From: a virus
Length of the DNA: 57,842 nt
Direction: 5' to 3' (one strand)
Virus record (IMG/VR): IMGVR_UViG_3300029709_000016
Both the position numbers and the translations under genes were made by a program. The notes under the pieces are model-generated. The model was not told the origin of the DNA and ran no database searches. It worked only from the letters and a program-made list of their open reading frames with translations. Below, piece after piece: positions 15,982 to 25,342 of the stretch. The first letter of the stretch is position 1, and the number at the start of each line of letters is the position of its first letter.

Positions 15982-16080
15982 AATACCTACAAACGCGAGC
16001 CGCGGATTCATTCCAGCGGCCAAAGAAACCCAAATAAAAACTGGGTTGAACAATGCAGTTTGTAGGTATTTTTTTATTTT
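15982..16080 (+). promoter_or_regulatory. Branched terminator-like RNA leader immediately upstream of terS
   Basis: A 13-bp closing stem aatacctacaaac/gtttgtaggtatt encloses two hairpins (gccgc..gcggc and aaccca..tgggtt). A T-run follows. Confidence 0.5.
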
Positions 16081-16109
16081 AAAATTTAAAAGTTGGGAGG
16101 TGTACAGAA

Positions 16110-16835
16110 TTGGAGAAATTAGCAGGAGCAGAGCCAAGCTCATTAGAATCAATCAAAAATGATTTTGAGGAGTATTTAAAAGAGTTCTGCACTGAAAACA
16201 ATATTAAAGACCAGTACGACATCTATCCGGCTATGTGGAATGCAGCACTTACATATATTTGTCAAAATACTTTTAAGGCTAATCCAAGTATTTTAGCAAT
16301 GCCTAAAAATATAAATAATGCCTATAACTTAGAAGCTGTAGATTATATATTAGATATCTACGCTTATGAATGTTTTATACATAATCAAGAGATTAGTGTT
16401 ATTGGTTTTCATTTATTTTCAGGTATATCTTTAAATGCTATATATAATTTAAACAATAACAATAAAAGAGTTGTTGTGTATAAGGACTTAGAGGGTAATG
16501 TTATTAGTAATTTAACTGTAAGCAGATTAAAAGAGGGGGAATATACAAAAGAATTAAGTTCAAAAGGGAGTGACATTTTTAAAAAATTGAAATTATTTTC
16601 TGAGGAAAGTTTGACAGCTCTGATGAAAGACAGGCGAAACAATCCAATGAAGTACTTGCCCATACTAAATAGGCGCTTCGGTTGGAATCTGCCAGGAGTA
16701 AGCCGGGAAACATTCGGAAAGACTGCATTGACAGCGGCGGACCTCCCAAAATTGGGAACGGAATTGGACGAAAACAGCGCACAACTGCCACAGTTAGAAG
16801 CGTGCGAAACGTTAAACAATTCAGACACAATTTAA
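16110..16835 (+). CDS. terS: terminase small subunit (putative)
   Basis: TTG 9 nt after gggagg. VIGFHLFSGISLNAIYNL and NPMKYLPILNRRFGWN resemble small-terminase HTH and C-terminal motifs. First gene after the late leader. Confidence 0.5.
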   Translation: MEKLAGAEPSSLESIKNDFEEYLKEFCTENNIKDQYDIYPAMWNAALTYICQNTFKANPSILAMPKNINNAYNLEAVDYILDIYAYECFIHNQEISVIGFHLFSGISLNAIYNLNNNNKRVVVYKDLEGNVISNLTVSRLKEGEYTKELSSKGSDIFKKLKLFSEESLTALMKDRRNNPMKYLPILNRRFGWNLPGVSRETFGKTALTAADLPKLGTELDENSAQLPQLEACETLNNSDTI

Positions 16836-17083
16836 AAGTGCCGTATTTACTGGCGTTCAAGCTATTTCGATATGCTTAGAACTTCGCTAAACATGAGTTT
16901 AGCGAAATGTATAAAACAAATAGTCAGAAACAGCAAACAAAACAGCAAATAATCAAACAATTAAATAACGGCAGATAATCGCCTGCAATGGTGATTCTGT
17001 TAGGGGGTGGGGGTTGAATAAAAACAGCCACCCAGCCCGACTAAGTACCAAAAATAATCTCAAAAACAAAAAGAGGTGTATCA

Positions 17084-17425
17084 ATGACATTAAACGAGTA
17101 TCAGACAGAAGCAATGCGTACAGCAAGTAGAACAGCCACAGCACACGAAGATAATCTTTTGCTTAATGGAGTGATGGGCTTAAATGGCGAAGCTGGAGAA
17201 GTGATTGACATGGTAAAGAAAATGCTTTTTCAAGGTCATACGCTTGATAAAGACCACATGGCAAAAGAACTGGGCGATTGCCTTTGGTATTTAGCCGTAG
17301 CCGCAAAAGGCATTGGATATGACTTAGATACCATTGCTGAAATGAACAAAGCAAAGCTTAGAAATCGTTACCCGAACGGTTTTGAATCCGAAAGGTCGTT
17401 ACATCGGGATAGCAAAGACATTTAA
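17084..17425 (+). CDS. mazG: MazG-like nucleotide pyrophosphohydrolase
   Basis: LNEYQ..AMRTA..GLNGEAGEV..ELGDCLWYLA..IAEMNKAKLRNRYP. Confidence 0.8.
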   Translation: MTLNEYQTEAMRTASRTATAHEDNLLLNGVMGLNGEAGEVIDMVKKMLFQGHTLDKDHMAKELGDCLWYLAVAAKGIGYDLDTIAEMNKAKLRNRYPNGFESERSLHRDSKDI

Positions 17426-17525
17426 AGCAAAACAAACACCTTGTCAAACAATGCTGTAAGAATGGCTACAAAGGATAGTACAATGAGGTGTGCGGGGAAT
17501 AGAGTTGGGAATACCCGCAAAACAA

Positions 17526-17596
17526 TGCCCTATAGCCAAGCGGTAAGGCACGGGATTTTGATTCCTGTATCACCGGTTCAAATCCGGTTAGGGTAG
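17526..17596 (+). tRNA. tRNA-Gln (anticodon UUG)
   Basis: Hand fold: acceptor tgcccta/tagggta, anticodon stem cggga/tcctg with loop ttTTGat, T arm accgg-ttcaaat-ccggt. Confidence 0.8.
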
Positions 17597-18151
17597 CTGG
17601 GCTTTTGATAGCCCTTTTGTCCCATTCTTTGGTACCCCCTTATCTCCCGTTAGCGGAAAGCTGATTAAAGGACCGTCACAAGGTCCGGCGGGATTTACAA
17701 ACATGATTACCCCGGTGAAGATAGGCTTTTCAACCTTGCCGGGATACACTGAATTGAGTTAAAGCTTTTCGGGATACTGGAAAGTGTAGGCTTTTTGCTT
17801 GAAGCAATTCAAGCAAAGAAGACAGCAAAGCTGGCAACAAAGTGGTGTAGTATATCATCATAAGGACGTCAAAAGTAGAATCCTTGTGGCTGACGAATAA
17901 TAAACGCTTGCGGTGCAAGAATAACCTGTTTGTGTTCGTGGTGTGAAAGACTACAAACAAAACAGGAATTTCATTAAGTCGGCTTGCCTTGAATCCGGGA
18001 AATTTGCAGGTTAAATTCGCTCCCTGTCCGTGCTTGACAGCGGTAAGAAGCCAAGGGTCGCACCCGGAAGCTCGGACTTATCGTCACGGTGACTGAATGT
18101 GACTGCGGGTATGATGAATAAAGAGAAGTCTTAATCATGTTTGTTTTTTTT
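17597..18151 (+). ncRNA. Large structured non-coding RNA candidate between two tRNAs (ROOL/GOLLD-like context; class unverified)
   Basis: ~555 nt with no credible ORF. Many hairpins, e.g. ggacc-N7-ggtcc (17670-17686), gcttgaa-GCAA-ttcaagc (17797-17814), cttgc-ggt-gcaag (17907-17919), cctgttt..aaacagg (17925-17966), and a long-range ccggg/cccgg pair (17994/18063). Confidence 0.45.
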
Positions 18152-18241
18152 GGAAAAGCGGCAACGATTGGCGGTGTTGCGGCAGACTGTAAATCTGTTC
18201 CCATGTGGTAAACATTGGCGGTTCGATTCCGCCCTTTTCCA
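18152..18241 (+). tRNA. tRNA-Tyr (anticodon GUA), class II with long variable arm
   Basis: Hand fold: acceptor ggaaaag/cttttcc, anticodon arm gcaga-ctGTAaa-tctgt, variable arm atgt-ggtaa-acat, T arm ggcgg-ttcgatt-ccgcc. Confidence 0.75.
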
Positions 18242-18279
18242 TTTTTTTAAAAAAATTAAAAATAAAAAAGAGGTGCAGT

Positions 18280-18465
18280 ATGGCAAAAGGTGTTCATGCA
18301 GTAGATAAGGACAAGTTTATTGAAGCCTATAATAAATGGGCAAGCGGCGAGGTAACGATAACAAAAGCAACGGAAATAGCCGGCATGAGTTATCCGACAT
18401 TTCACAAATACGTAGGCATATTAATTACAGGTGGGAAATTTCCTGACGGGCTATTTAAGGATTAG
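18280..18465 (+). CDS. small HTH protein (61 aa)
   Basis: ATG after aagaggtg. ITKATEIAGMSYPTFHKYV is HTH-like. The track ORF start at 18205 overlaps the tRNA. Confidence 0.5.
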   Translation: MAKGVHAVDKDKFIEAYNKWASGEVTITKATEIAGMSYPTFHKYVGILITGGKFPDGLFKD

Positions 18466-18475
18466 GAGAGTGCGC

Positions 18476-18718
18476 ATGAGAGTAGAGATTAAAGGCAATG
18501 TATATGGAATGTCACGCAAAGAGTACAAGCGGTTCCTTAAAATAGCAAGCAAAGCTATACCACGCGGAATTTATGCGGCCGAAAAAGGAAGCACTGCTAT
18601 TATGCTGAATGAAAAATACAATAGCGTTGAAGATTTGAGAAAATCCGTGTCCGAATATAAATTGAAAGGGTTTAAGGTGTATTACAATGACAAGAATAAC
18701 GATAAAAAAAGTTCTTAA
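18476..18718 (+). CDS. hypothetical protein (80 aa)
   Basis: ATG after aggagag. Confidence 0.45.
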   Translation: MRVEIKGNVYGMSRKEYKRFLKIASKAIPRGIYAAEKGSTAIMLNEKYNSVEDLRKSVSEYKLKGFKVYYNDKNNDKKSS

Positions 18719-18887
18719 AACTCTTAATAAAACACTTGATATGTTTATATTTGCATTAATTATTTCAGTTTTAATCGCTGGTCTTAGAATTATTTTAGAA
18801 TTTTTATTTGGTGTAAAAATGACAGCAATCATTGTGTTTGCCTTAATGTTTATTTGTATTTTTATATTAAACTTTTTGAAAGGGTGA
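18687..18887 (+). CDS. small membrane protein (66 aa, two hydrophobic helices)
   Basis: FIFALIISVLIAGL and AIIVFALMFICIFIL segments. Confidence 0.45.
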   Translation: MTRITIKKVLKTLNKTLDMFIFALIISVLIAGLRIILEFLFGVKMTAIIVFALMFICIFILNFLKG

Positions 18888-18892
18888 TGTTC

Positions 18893-19147
18893 ATGAAAAA
18901 AAAGAAACTTTGCGGATTAGTTATGTGCTTTTTACTCTGCACGGCATTGGTTGGTTGCAGTGTATCTGAAATTGAAACTACTGATAATGCAAGCATAACA
19001 GAAATTCGCAATCCGAGCATTTATGAATTTGTTGACAAAGATACAGGTGTCCACTATTGGATTTATTCTCAAAGATTAACTAAGGGGGGAATGGGTGGGA
19101 TAACACCGAGATTGAATTCGGACGGAACAGTAATGACAACAAAATAA
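18893..19147 (+). CDS. lipoprotein (84 aa)
   Basis: Signal peptide with lipobox LVGC. C-terminus DKDTGVHYWIY..GGITPRLNSDGT. Confidence 0.6.
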   Translation: MKKKKLCGLVMCFLLCTALVGCSVSEIETTDNASITEIRNPSIYEFVDKDTGVHYWIYSQRLTKGGMGGITPRLNSDGTVMTTK

Positions 19148-19249
19148 TCAAATTACCGGCTGACAAATAGGGTCAGTCGCTAACCAACAAAAATTATTGG
19201 CAGAGGTCTGAAAGTGCCTTTGCTTTTTGGAAAGTAGAGGTGCTTTTCT

Positions 19250-20998
19250 TTGGCAAGTTCAAGCCTTATTTCGGCAGTAAAACAATATGAAAATTACATA
19301 GAAAGAAAAGAAATAGATGAGCAGGTTATTGACGCGTATATACAAGCTGTAGCCGTTTCACTAAGAACCGAACATGATATTAATTATGGATTGAAAATAT
19401 CGGCAAGGACAAAGCAACTTATAGCTCAATTTGTTAGAGAACATACAGGCGGCAGAGTTGCGGACTTAGAGGTTTATGCAGGAGAACATGATACGACATA
19501 TAAAGCACTTCAGCAATTTTATGATGTTTTAATGTATGAATCGGCATACTTAGTCGATAGCTTTTTTTATTATATCGAAATTGATGAAAAAGACCCATAT
19601 AAAAGATTTTATTTTCCAAGATATAAAGTTTTACAACCTGTAGTTAAAGCGTATCAAGAAATTTATGACGGAAAATTAGATTTTTTGTCTGTATCACAGC
19701 CCAAGAGAACAGGAAAAACAACAGGCGGTCTGAAGTTGGCACAGATGATGGGTGGGAGAGACCCAGACGGAAGTATATTTGGTGTTGGAAAAGGTGAAGG
19801 ACTTGTTAAGCGATTTTATGGTGGTTTATTGCAAAGCTTTGAGACAGAAAGTACATATCAAAGGTTTTTAAGTGTTTTTCCCGAAGCTACAAAAATAGGC
19901 GAAAAAGACTATAAAAGTGCTGAAAATTTTTCTATTGACCTTAAAAGCAAAAATATATTTCCAACTTTTACTTGTAGACCTATTGACGGAGCGATTGTCG
20001 GTTGCACAGAAGCAAATGTACTTGTATACATTGATGACTGTGTAAAAAATCATGAAGAAGCAAGAAACAGAGATAGACTAGAGTTTCTTTGTGAAAAGGT
20101 CACAGACGATGTTCTTGGTAGGCGATTAGAGGGAACACCAATTATTATACAAGGAACAAAATATAGTCTATATGACCCGATTACAGCGTTACAAAATAAG
20201 GCAAATGAGTTGGGGTGGAGTTGGCGAGAGGTAGCGATTCCAGCACTTGACCCAGTTACAGATGAAAGCAACTGGGAAATATATCGCAAGGATAAAAAAG
20301 GCTTGCGTAAGATATTTACAACAGATTATTACCGCAAAGAGCGCAAGCTGGTGTCAGAAGAAACATGGGCGGCAGAGTTTCAACAAGAGCCATTTGAAGC
20401 AAAAGGACGAATGTTTGCAGAAAATGAGCTTAATTACTTTGAAGAACTTCCTGTTGACAGAGAGCCGGACGCTATTATGGCGGCTTGTGATAGTGCCGAC
20501 AAAGGAGAAGACAGTTGCTCAATGCCGATTGGATATGTTTATGGTAATGAGGTGTATATCGTTGATGTAGTATTTGATAATGCAGGAACGCAGTTTACCA
20601 AGCCAGAATGTGCCAATATGCTTATTAAACATAATGTCAAAACCGTTACATTTGAGAGCAATAGCGCCGGAGAATACTTTGGACGTGACGTAATGGATAT
20701 TGTTAAAGACCGGGGCGGTAGATGTAGCGCAAGGTTTAAATTTAATTGTTCAAATAAAATAACTCGAATGGAAAACGCAAGAGATAATATCATTCGAGAT
20801 TATTATTTTAGAGATTTTAAAAAAATGGACAGGCAGAGCCAATATTACAAGTTTATGAAAGAACTTACCACTATGACAAGAAGCGGCAAAGTCAATCATG
20901 ATGACGCACCTGATAGCATAGCGCTGTTTGAGAATGAAATGCGGACAGGAACTGTAGCAAAAGTAGAAGCCACACAAAATCCATTTAGGAGGTATTGA
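19250..20998 (+). CDS. terL: terminase large subunit
   Basis: 582 aa. Walker-A-like QPKRTGKTT, a nuclease-half acidic motif, and a position upstream of the portal gene. Confidence 0.85.
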   Translation: MASSSLISAVKQYENYIERKEIDEQVIDAYIQAVAVSLRTEHDINYGLKISARTKQLIAQFVREHTGGRVADLEVYAGEHDTTYKALQQFYDVLMYESAYLVDSFFYYIEIDEKDPYKRFYFPRYKVLQPVVKAYQEIYDGKLDFLSVSQPKRTGKTTGGLKLAQMMGGRDPDGSIFGVGKGEGLVKRFYGGLLQSFETESTYQRFLSVFPEATKIGEKDYKSAENFSIDLKSKNIFPTFTCRPIDGAIVGCTEANVLVYIDDCVKNHEEARNRDRLEFLCEKVTDDVLGRRLEGTPIIIQGTKYSLYDPITALQNKANELGWSWREVAIPALDPVTDESNWEIYRKDKKGLRKIFTTDYYRKERKLVSEETWAAEFQQEPFEAKGRMFAENELNYFEELPVDREPDAIMAACDSADKGEDSCSMPIGYVYGNEVYIVDVVFDNAGTQFTKPECANMLIKHNVKTVTFESNSAGEYFGRDVMDIVKDRGGRCSARFKFNCSNKITRMENARDNIIRDYYFRDFKKMDRQSQYYKFMKELTTMTRSGKVNHDDAPDSIALFENEMRTGTVAKVEATQNPFRRY

Positions 20999-21001
20999 TT
21001 T

Positions 21002-21433
21002 ATGACGACAAAGGAATATTTACAGCAAATCGGAAAATTAAACAAAATGATTAACAATAAAATGATTGAACTTTCACAAATGAAAGAAATGGCATACAGT
21101 ATTAAAGCCGTGGGAACAGATGAGCGCGTTATGTCTTCTAGCGACCCGGACAAAACAGGCTGCGCATATGCTAAGATTGAAGAAATGGAAGAAAAAATTA
21201 ACGGCATGATTGACAACTACGTAGATACTAAAGAAAAAATTATTAATCAAATTGAAAGTATAGAAGACGAAAACCTATATAATATTTTATTTTTAAAATA
21301 CATAGCAAAAAAACGGTTTGAAGATATTGCGGTGGAGATTGACAAATCATGGCGACAGACAATCCGATTGCACGGAACGGCACTCAAAAAATTTGAAGAA
21401 AAATACGGAAAAGAATACTTGTCATGTCATTGA
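21002..21433 (+). CDS. sigma-70 region-4-like / DUF1492-like putative late regulator
   Basis: C-terminus LFLKYIAKKRFEDIAVEIDKSWRQTIRLHGTALKKF is HTH-like. Confidence 0.4.
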   Translation: MTTKEYLQQIGKLNKMINNKMIELSQMKEMAYSIKAVGTDERVMSSSDPDKTGCAYAKIEEMEEKINGMIDNYVDTKEKIINQIESIEDENLYNILFLKYIAKKRFEDIAVEIDKSWRQTIRLHGTALKKFEEKYGKEYLSCH

Positions 21434-21546
21434 ATGTCATATTAATACTGTGTTATTATTATAATGTAAAATAAAAGTAAAAGTTCCGAGGAAAGCACTG
21501 CTACAGAAATGTGGTGGTGCTTTTTTCATGCCAAAAGAGGTTGAAT

Positions 21547-21756
21547 ATGAGGTTTTACACTAAAAAAAATAAGGCTGTAATGTGTCCGAATTGTGGCAAA
21601 TTATTGACGTATGCCGATAAAGATGACCCCAATTTACATAAATTGGCTTGCAAGCATTGTCGTAAGTGGATTTGGTATTATCCGAATGATGATGATAAAA
21701 ATGAAGCCAAAGAAATCCCGGATACACGCTCGTCAAGCGGAGTTAGACTTTACTAG
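21547..21756 (+). CDS. zinc-ribbon protein (69 aa)
   Basis: CPNCGK..CKHCRK. RBS aagaggt. Confidence 0.45.
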   Translation: MRFYTKKNKAVMCPNCGKLLTYADKDDPNLHKLACKHCRKWIWYYPNDDDKNEAKEIPDTRSSSGVRLY

Positions 21757-21767
21757 GAGTATTAAAT

Positions 21768-23207
21768 ATGTTAAATGATGTATATTTCTACGAACTCGTA
21801 AGAGGTTGTTATGGACGCAAAATTGCATATACCAATGTTGAAAAAATAACAGCAGATAACGTTGTTAAAATCGTTGGAGATTGCATTGGTGTATTTAACT
21901 ATAACAAGCCCATTATCCGGTATTTGTGGCACTATTATAAAGGCGACCAGCCGGTATTATACAGAATAAAAATGCAAAATGAAGACGTAAACAATAAAGT
22001 TTGCGAAAATCACGCATATGAACTGGTTCAATTTAAGGTTGGACAAACATATGGTGAACCGATACAGTACGTTAGCCGAAAAGACGATGAAAAAGTTAAT
22101 AAAGCGGTTGATACGCTGAACGATTATATGTCTGACGCTAACAAGCAGGAAAAAGATATTAAGGCAGGAGAGTGGCAGTCAGCGACCGGCACATCTTTTA
22201 AAGCAATACAGATTGTTGACGGCGACATACCGTTTCGGATTATAGCACCAAGCCCAATGAACACCTTTGTTATTTACAATAAAGCTACAGAGGAACCGGT
22301 GCTTGCTGTACAGGAGTTAAAAGACGAAAATAACAACTTTTATAAGCTGTGTTATACAGATTCAATGACATTTAAAATTCAAGACAGCAAAGTTATTGAA
22401 AGCAGATTGCACGCGTTTGGCAGTATCCCGATTGTGGAATATCCGAATAATCACGAAAGAATTTCGGATATTGAATTGGTTATCAGCCTGTTAGATTCAA
22501 TAAATGCCATGCAGTCAAATCGAATGGATTCGGTACAGCAGTTTGTTGAATACTGGATAAAATTTATCAACTGTGAAATTGATGATGAAACTTTTCAAAA
22601 GATGAAAATGAACCATGCACTCGTTGTTAAGTCTATTAATAAGGATAACAAGTCAGACGTGGAAATTATGACGCAGGAATTAAACCAAACACAGTGTCAA
22701 GTTGCCAAAGACGACTTGTGGGACAATACATTGTCAATTCTTGCGGTTCCAAACAAACAGGGTAACACAGGCGGAGATACGCAAGGTGCGGTGGAATTAA
22801 GAAATGGTTGGGATTTTTCGAAAACAAGGGCAAAGCTTAAAGACCCGATTGTAAAAGCAGCGGAAAAGCGGCTTGTAAAGGTTGTGTTAAATATTATACG
22901 GATTAAGGACCGCGATTTAGGCATAAAAATGCGGGATTTTGAAGTGCAAATTAATCATAGTCCACAGGATAATATGTACACTAAAGCACAAACACTTACA
23001 GTATTGCTTCAATCTGGCATACATCCACTTGTGGCAATTAAAACGGTGGGGCTTTGGGGAGATTCAGAAAAAACATTTGTTCTTTCAAAGCCATACCTTG
23101 ATGTCTTATATAAGACTGTTAAAAATGCGAAAGAACAGGAAAACAAAGCACAGGAAATAGTTAATCAACTTAATAATCAGCAAAATAAAGCAGTTATCGA
23201 GCAATAA
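21768..23207 (+). CDS. portal protein (SPP1 gp6-like)
   Basis: 479 aa, located just after terL. Its size and composition fit the portal family. Confidence 0.8.
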   Translation: MLNDVYFYELVRGCYGRKIAYTNVEKITADNVVKIVGDCIGVFNYNKPIIRYLWHYYKGDQPVLYRIKMQNEDVNNKVCENHAYELVQFKVGQTYGEPIQYVSRKDDEKVNKAVDTLNDYMSDANKQEKDIKAGEWQSATGTSFKAIQIVDGDIPFRIIAPSPMNTFVIYNKATEEPVLAVQELKDENNNFYKLCYTDSMTFKIQDSKVIESRLHAFGSIPIVEYPNNHERISDIELVISLLDSINAMQSNRMDSVQQFVEYWIKFINCEIDDETFQKMKMNHALVVKSINKDNKSDVEIMTQELNQTQCQVAKDDLWDNTLSILAVPNKQGNTGGDTQGAVELRNGWDFSKTRAKLKDPIVKAAEKRLVKVVLNIIRIKDRDLGIKMRDFEVQINHSPQDNMYTKAQTLTVLLQSGIHPLVAIKTVGLWGDSEKTFVLSKPYLDVLYKTVKNAKEQENKAQEIVNQLNNQQNKAVIEQ

Positions 23208-23313
23208 TCGGTAACTGCTTTTATTTTATAAATTTGCAGTCATGCGACAAATGGCAGAAACAATCGAGCGGAGAGAACCGTGTAAAAAAACGTGATTTTA
23301 GGAGGAATAAACG

Positions 23314-23895
23314 ATGACAAGAGAACAGGCAAAACAGAATCTTATTTCAATCGGAATTTCAGAACCGACCGATGAGCAGGTGAGTAATTATCTGAATCAG
23401 TTAAACGGTGAAACAAAGAAAGAAAAAGATAAAGCGGCAGAGTATAAAGCGAAAGCTGACAAGGCAGACGAACTTCAATCAAAAATTGATGAAATAGAAG
23501 CCGGAAACCTTACAGAGCTTGAAAAAGCCAACAAAGCACTGGAAACGGCAAACAATCAGATTGCGGAGTTACAAAAAAGCAATGCAATTAGAGATTTGCG
23601 TGAAAAAGCTATGACGGATTTTAAAATCACGGCAGAGCAGGCAAAGACGGTTGTAAAAGAGGACGGAAGCTTTGACACAACTGTTCTCGGACAGATTATT
23701 TCAGAGAAAGAAACCGCTTCCGCACAGGCAAAGGAACAGGAAATTGCCAAAGGTACACCGAATCCGGGCGGCGGCGGTAGTAACCAAGATTTAGAGAAGA
23801 CAGAAGCAGAAAAAATAGCCGCAAGTCTTATCTCAAGCAATTCAAAAAGTCAAAGCAACAATGATGTTTTGTCACATTATTTAGGAGGTAATTAA
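23314..23895 (+). CDS. capsid scaffolding protein
   Basis: Helical and charged (KKEKDKAAEYKAKADKADELQSKIDE..). Lies between the portal and capsid genes. Confidence 0.7.
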   Translation: MTREQAKQNLISIGISEPTDEQVSNYLNQLNGETKKEKDKAAEYKAKADKADELQSKIDEIEAGNLTELEKANKALETANNQIAELQKSNAIRDLREKAMTDFKITAEQAKTVVKEDGSFDTTVLGQIISEKETASAQAKEQEIAKGTPNPGGGGSNQDLEKTEAEKIAASLISSNSKSQSNNDVLSHYLGGN

Positions 23896-23897
23896 AA

Positions 23898-24242
23898 ATG
23901 TCAAACATGCAGTATGAACAGACTTCATATGTCGGAAACGTTCAGATTTTAAAAAGACTGCCTAATGAAGCGATTCCAATGACACTTGATTTTACAGATG
24001 TTGTTGAAAAGACGGCTGACGGCAGAAAGATTGTAAAGGCCGGCACACCAATCGGAAAAAATGGAAAGGCAGACAACACGGCAACGGTCGTAGGCATTTT
24101 GAGATACGATGTCACAGAAGACAGGCCGCAGGGTGTGCTTTTAAAGAAAGCATATATCAATAAAAGCGTGGCTGAAAAGCATTCCGGTGTTACATATGAC
24201 GCAGGCGTTTCCACAGCGCTTCCAATGATTGTATTTGAATAA
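23898..24242 (+). CDS. head decoration-like protein (putative)
   Basis: 114 aa, immediately upstream of the major capsid gene. Confidence 0.35.
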   Translation: MSNMQYEQTSYVGNVQILKRLPNEAIPMTLDFTDVVEKTADGRKIVKAGTPIGKNGKADNTATVVGILRYDVTEDRPQGVLLKKAYINKSVAEKHSGVTYDAGVSTALPMIVFE

Positions 24243-24258
24243 TTTGGGAGGTATATAG

Positions 24259-25329
24259 ATGTTAATTAATGAAGTGTTAAACAGTAAGTCTATTGCACTT
24301 ACAACAACAGAAGAAGCAAGTAATCAAATCCCATATCTCGGATTAAATTGGTTTCCGGAAAGAAAGAAACAGGGGCTTGATTTAAGCTGGATTAAGACGC
24401 ATAAGGGACTTCCGGTATCGCTTGCGCCGTCAAATTTCGACACAATTCCGACACTTAGAGCAAGAGAGGGATTGCGCAAGGAAAAAACACAAATGGCATT
24501 TTTCCGTGAAGGTATGGAAGTCGGCGAAGAAGAAATGCTTGAAATTGAACGTATTAGTTCTACAGATGACCCGTACCTCGCAAGTGCCTTATCAAGCGTA
24601 TATGGCGATACTAACAACCTTGTGAGCGGCGCAGAAGTCGTGCCGGAACGCATGAGAATGTCGCTTCTTGCTACAGAAGCAGGACACCCGGTTATTGCTA
24701 TTGAAAGTGACGGTGTACAGTACGCATATGATTACGACAAGGACGGTTCATATGCAAAAGACCATTATGCAAAGCTTGAGGACACTAGCATGTGGAGTGA
24801 TACAGTGAACTCCAAACCACTTACAGACCTTAATAATGCTCGGAAAAAATTACAGAAGAAAGGCAAGATTGCTAAATACGTTCTTATGAACACCAATACG
24901 TTTCAGTATTTACTTGAAAATGCACAGATTAGAAATTCAATCCTTGCACAGAATCTCACGGCAACGATTGAGGTTGATGACGACACGGTAATTTCAGTTG
25001 TTCAGAAGCGTACAAAGCTTACAATCGTCCTGTACGACAAAATGTATATGGACGAAGCTGGGAAAGAACACTATTTTTACCCGGACAACAAAGTAACACT
25101 GTTGCCGGACGGAAAACTGGGTAGTACGTGGTTCGGAACGACACCGGAAGAAAGAACTGCAAGACAGGTTGCTGACGTTGATGTAACGACATATGGAACA
25201 GGAATCACAGTCGCTACAAAGGTTGAGTATGGCCCGCCAATGAAGATGTCAGTATTCGCTTCTGAAGTAGTATTGCCATCTTACGAAAATATGGATAGCA
25301 CATTCGTACTTGAGGTCCATCATGATTAA
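24259..25329 (+). CDS. major capsid protein (protein E-like family)
   Basis: 356 aa. LNWFPERKK..FDTIPTLRAREG..MAFFREGMEVGEEEM pattern and its position. Confidence 0.8.
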   Translation: MLINEVLNSKSIALTTTEEASNQIPYLGLNWFPERKKQGLDLSWIKTHKGLPVSLAPSNFDTIPTLRAREGLRKEKTQMAFFREGMEVGEEEMLEIERISSTDDPYLASALSSVYGDTNNLVSGAEVVPERMRMSLLATEAGHPVIAIESDGVQYAYDYDKDGSYAKDHYAKLEDTSMWSDTVNSKPLTDLNNARKKLQKKGKIAKYVLMNTNTFQYLLENAQIRNSILAQNLTATIEVDDDTVISVVQKRTKLTIVLYDKMYMDEAGKEHYFYPDNKVTLLPDGKLGSTWFGTTPEERTARQVADVDVTTYGTGITVATKVEYGPPMKMSVFASEVVLPSYENMDSTFVLEVHHD

Positions 25330-25342
25330 TCGGAGGTAGCAT

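Noticed and set aside
17730-18204. Two 76-aa minus-strand ORFs (17730-17960 and 17974-18204) in the tRNA-flanked gap.
   Set aside because: They have no RBS, are antisense to all neighbouring genes, and have odd composition. The region is packed with RNA-type helices and is treated as non-coding RNA.
17526-18241. Stop-codon recoding with phage suppressor tRNAs. The methyltransferase has in-frame TAA and TAG, and the phage carries Gln and Tyr tRNAs, the two classes from which suppressors usually derive.
   Set aside because: The hand-folded anticodons are ordinary UUG (Gln) and GUA (Tyr), not UUA or CUA. All long late genes (terL, portal, capsid, 1414-aa tape measure, fibre) are uninterrupted under the standard code. 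Near-cognate read-through cannot be excluded, but nothing supports it.
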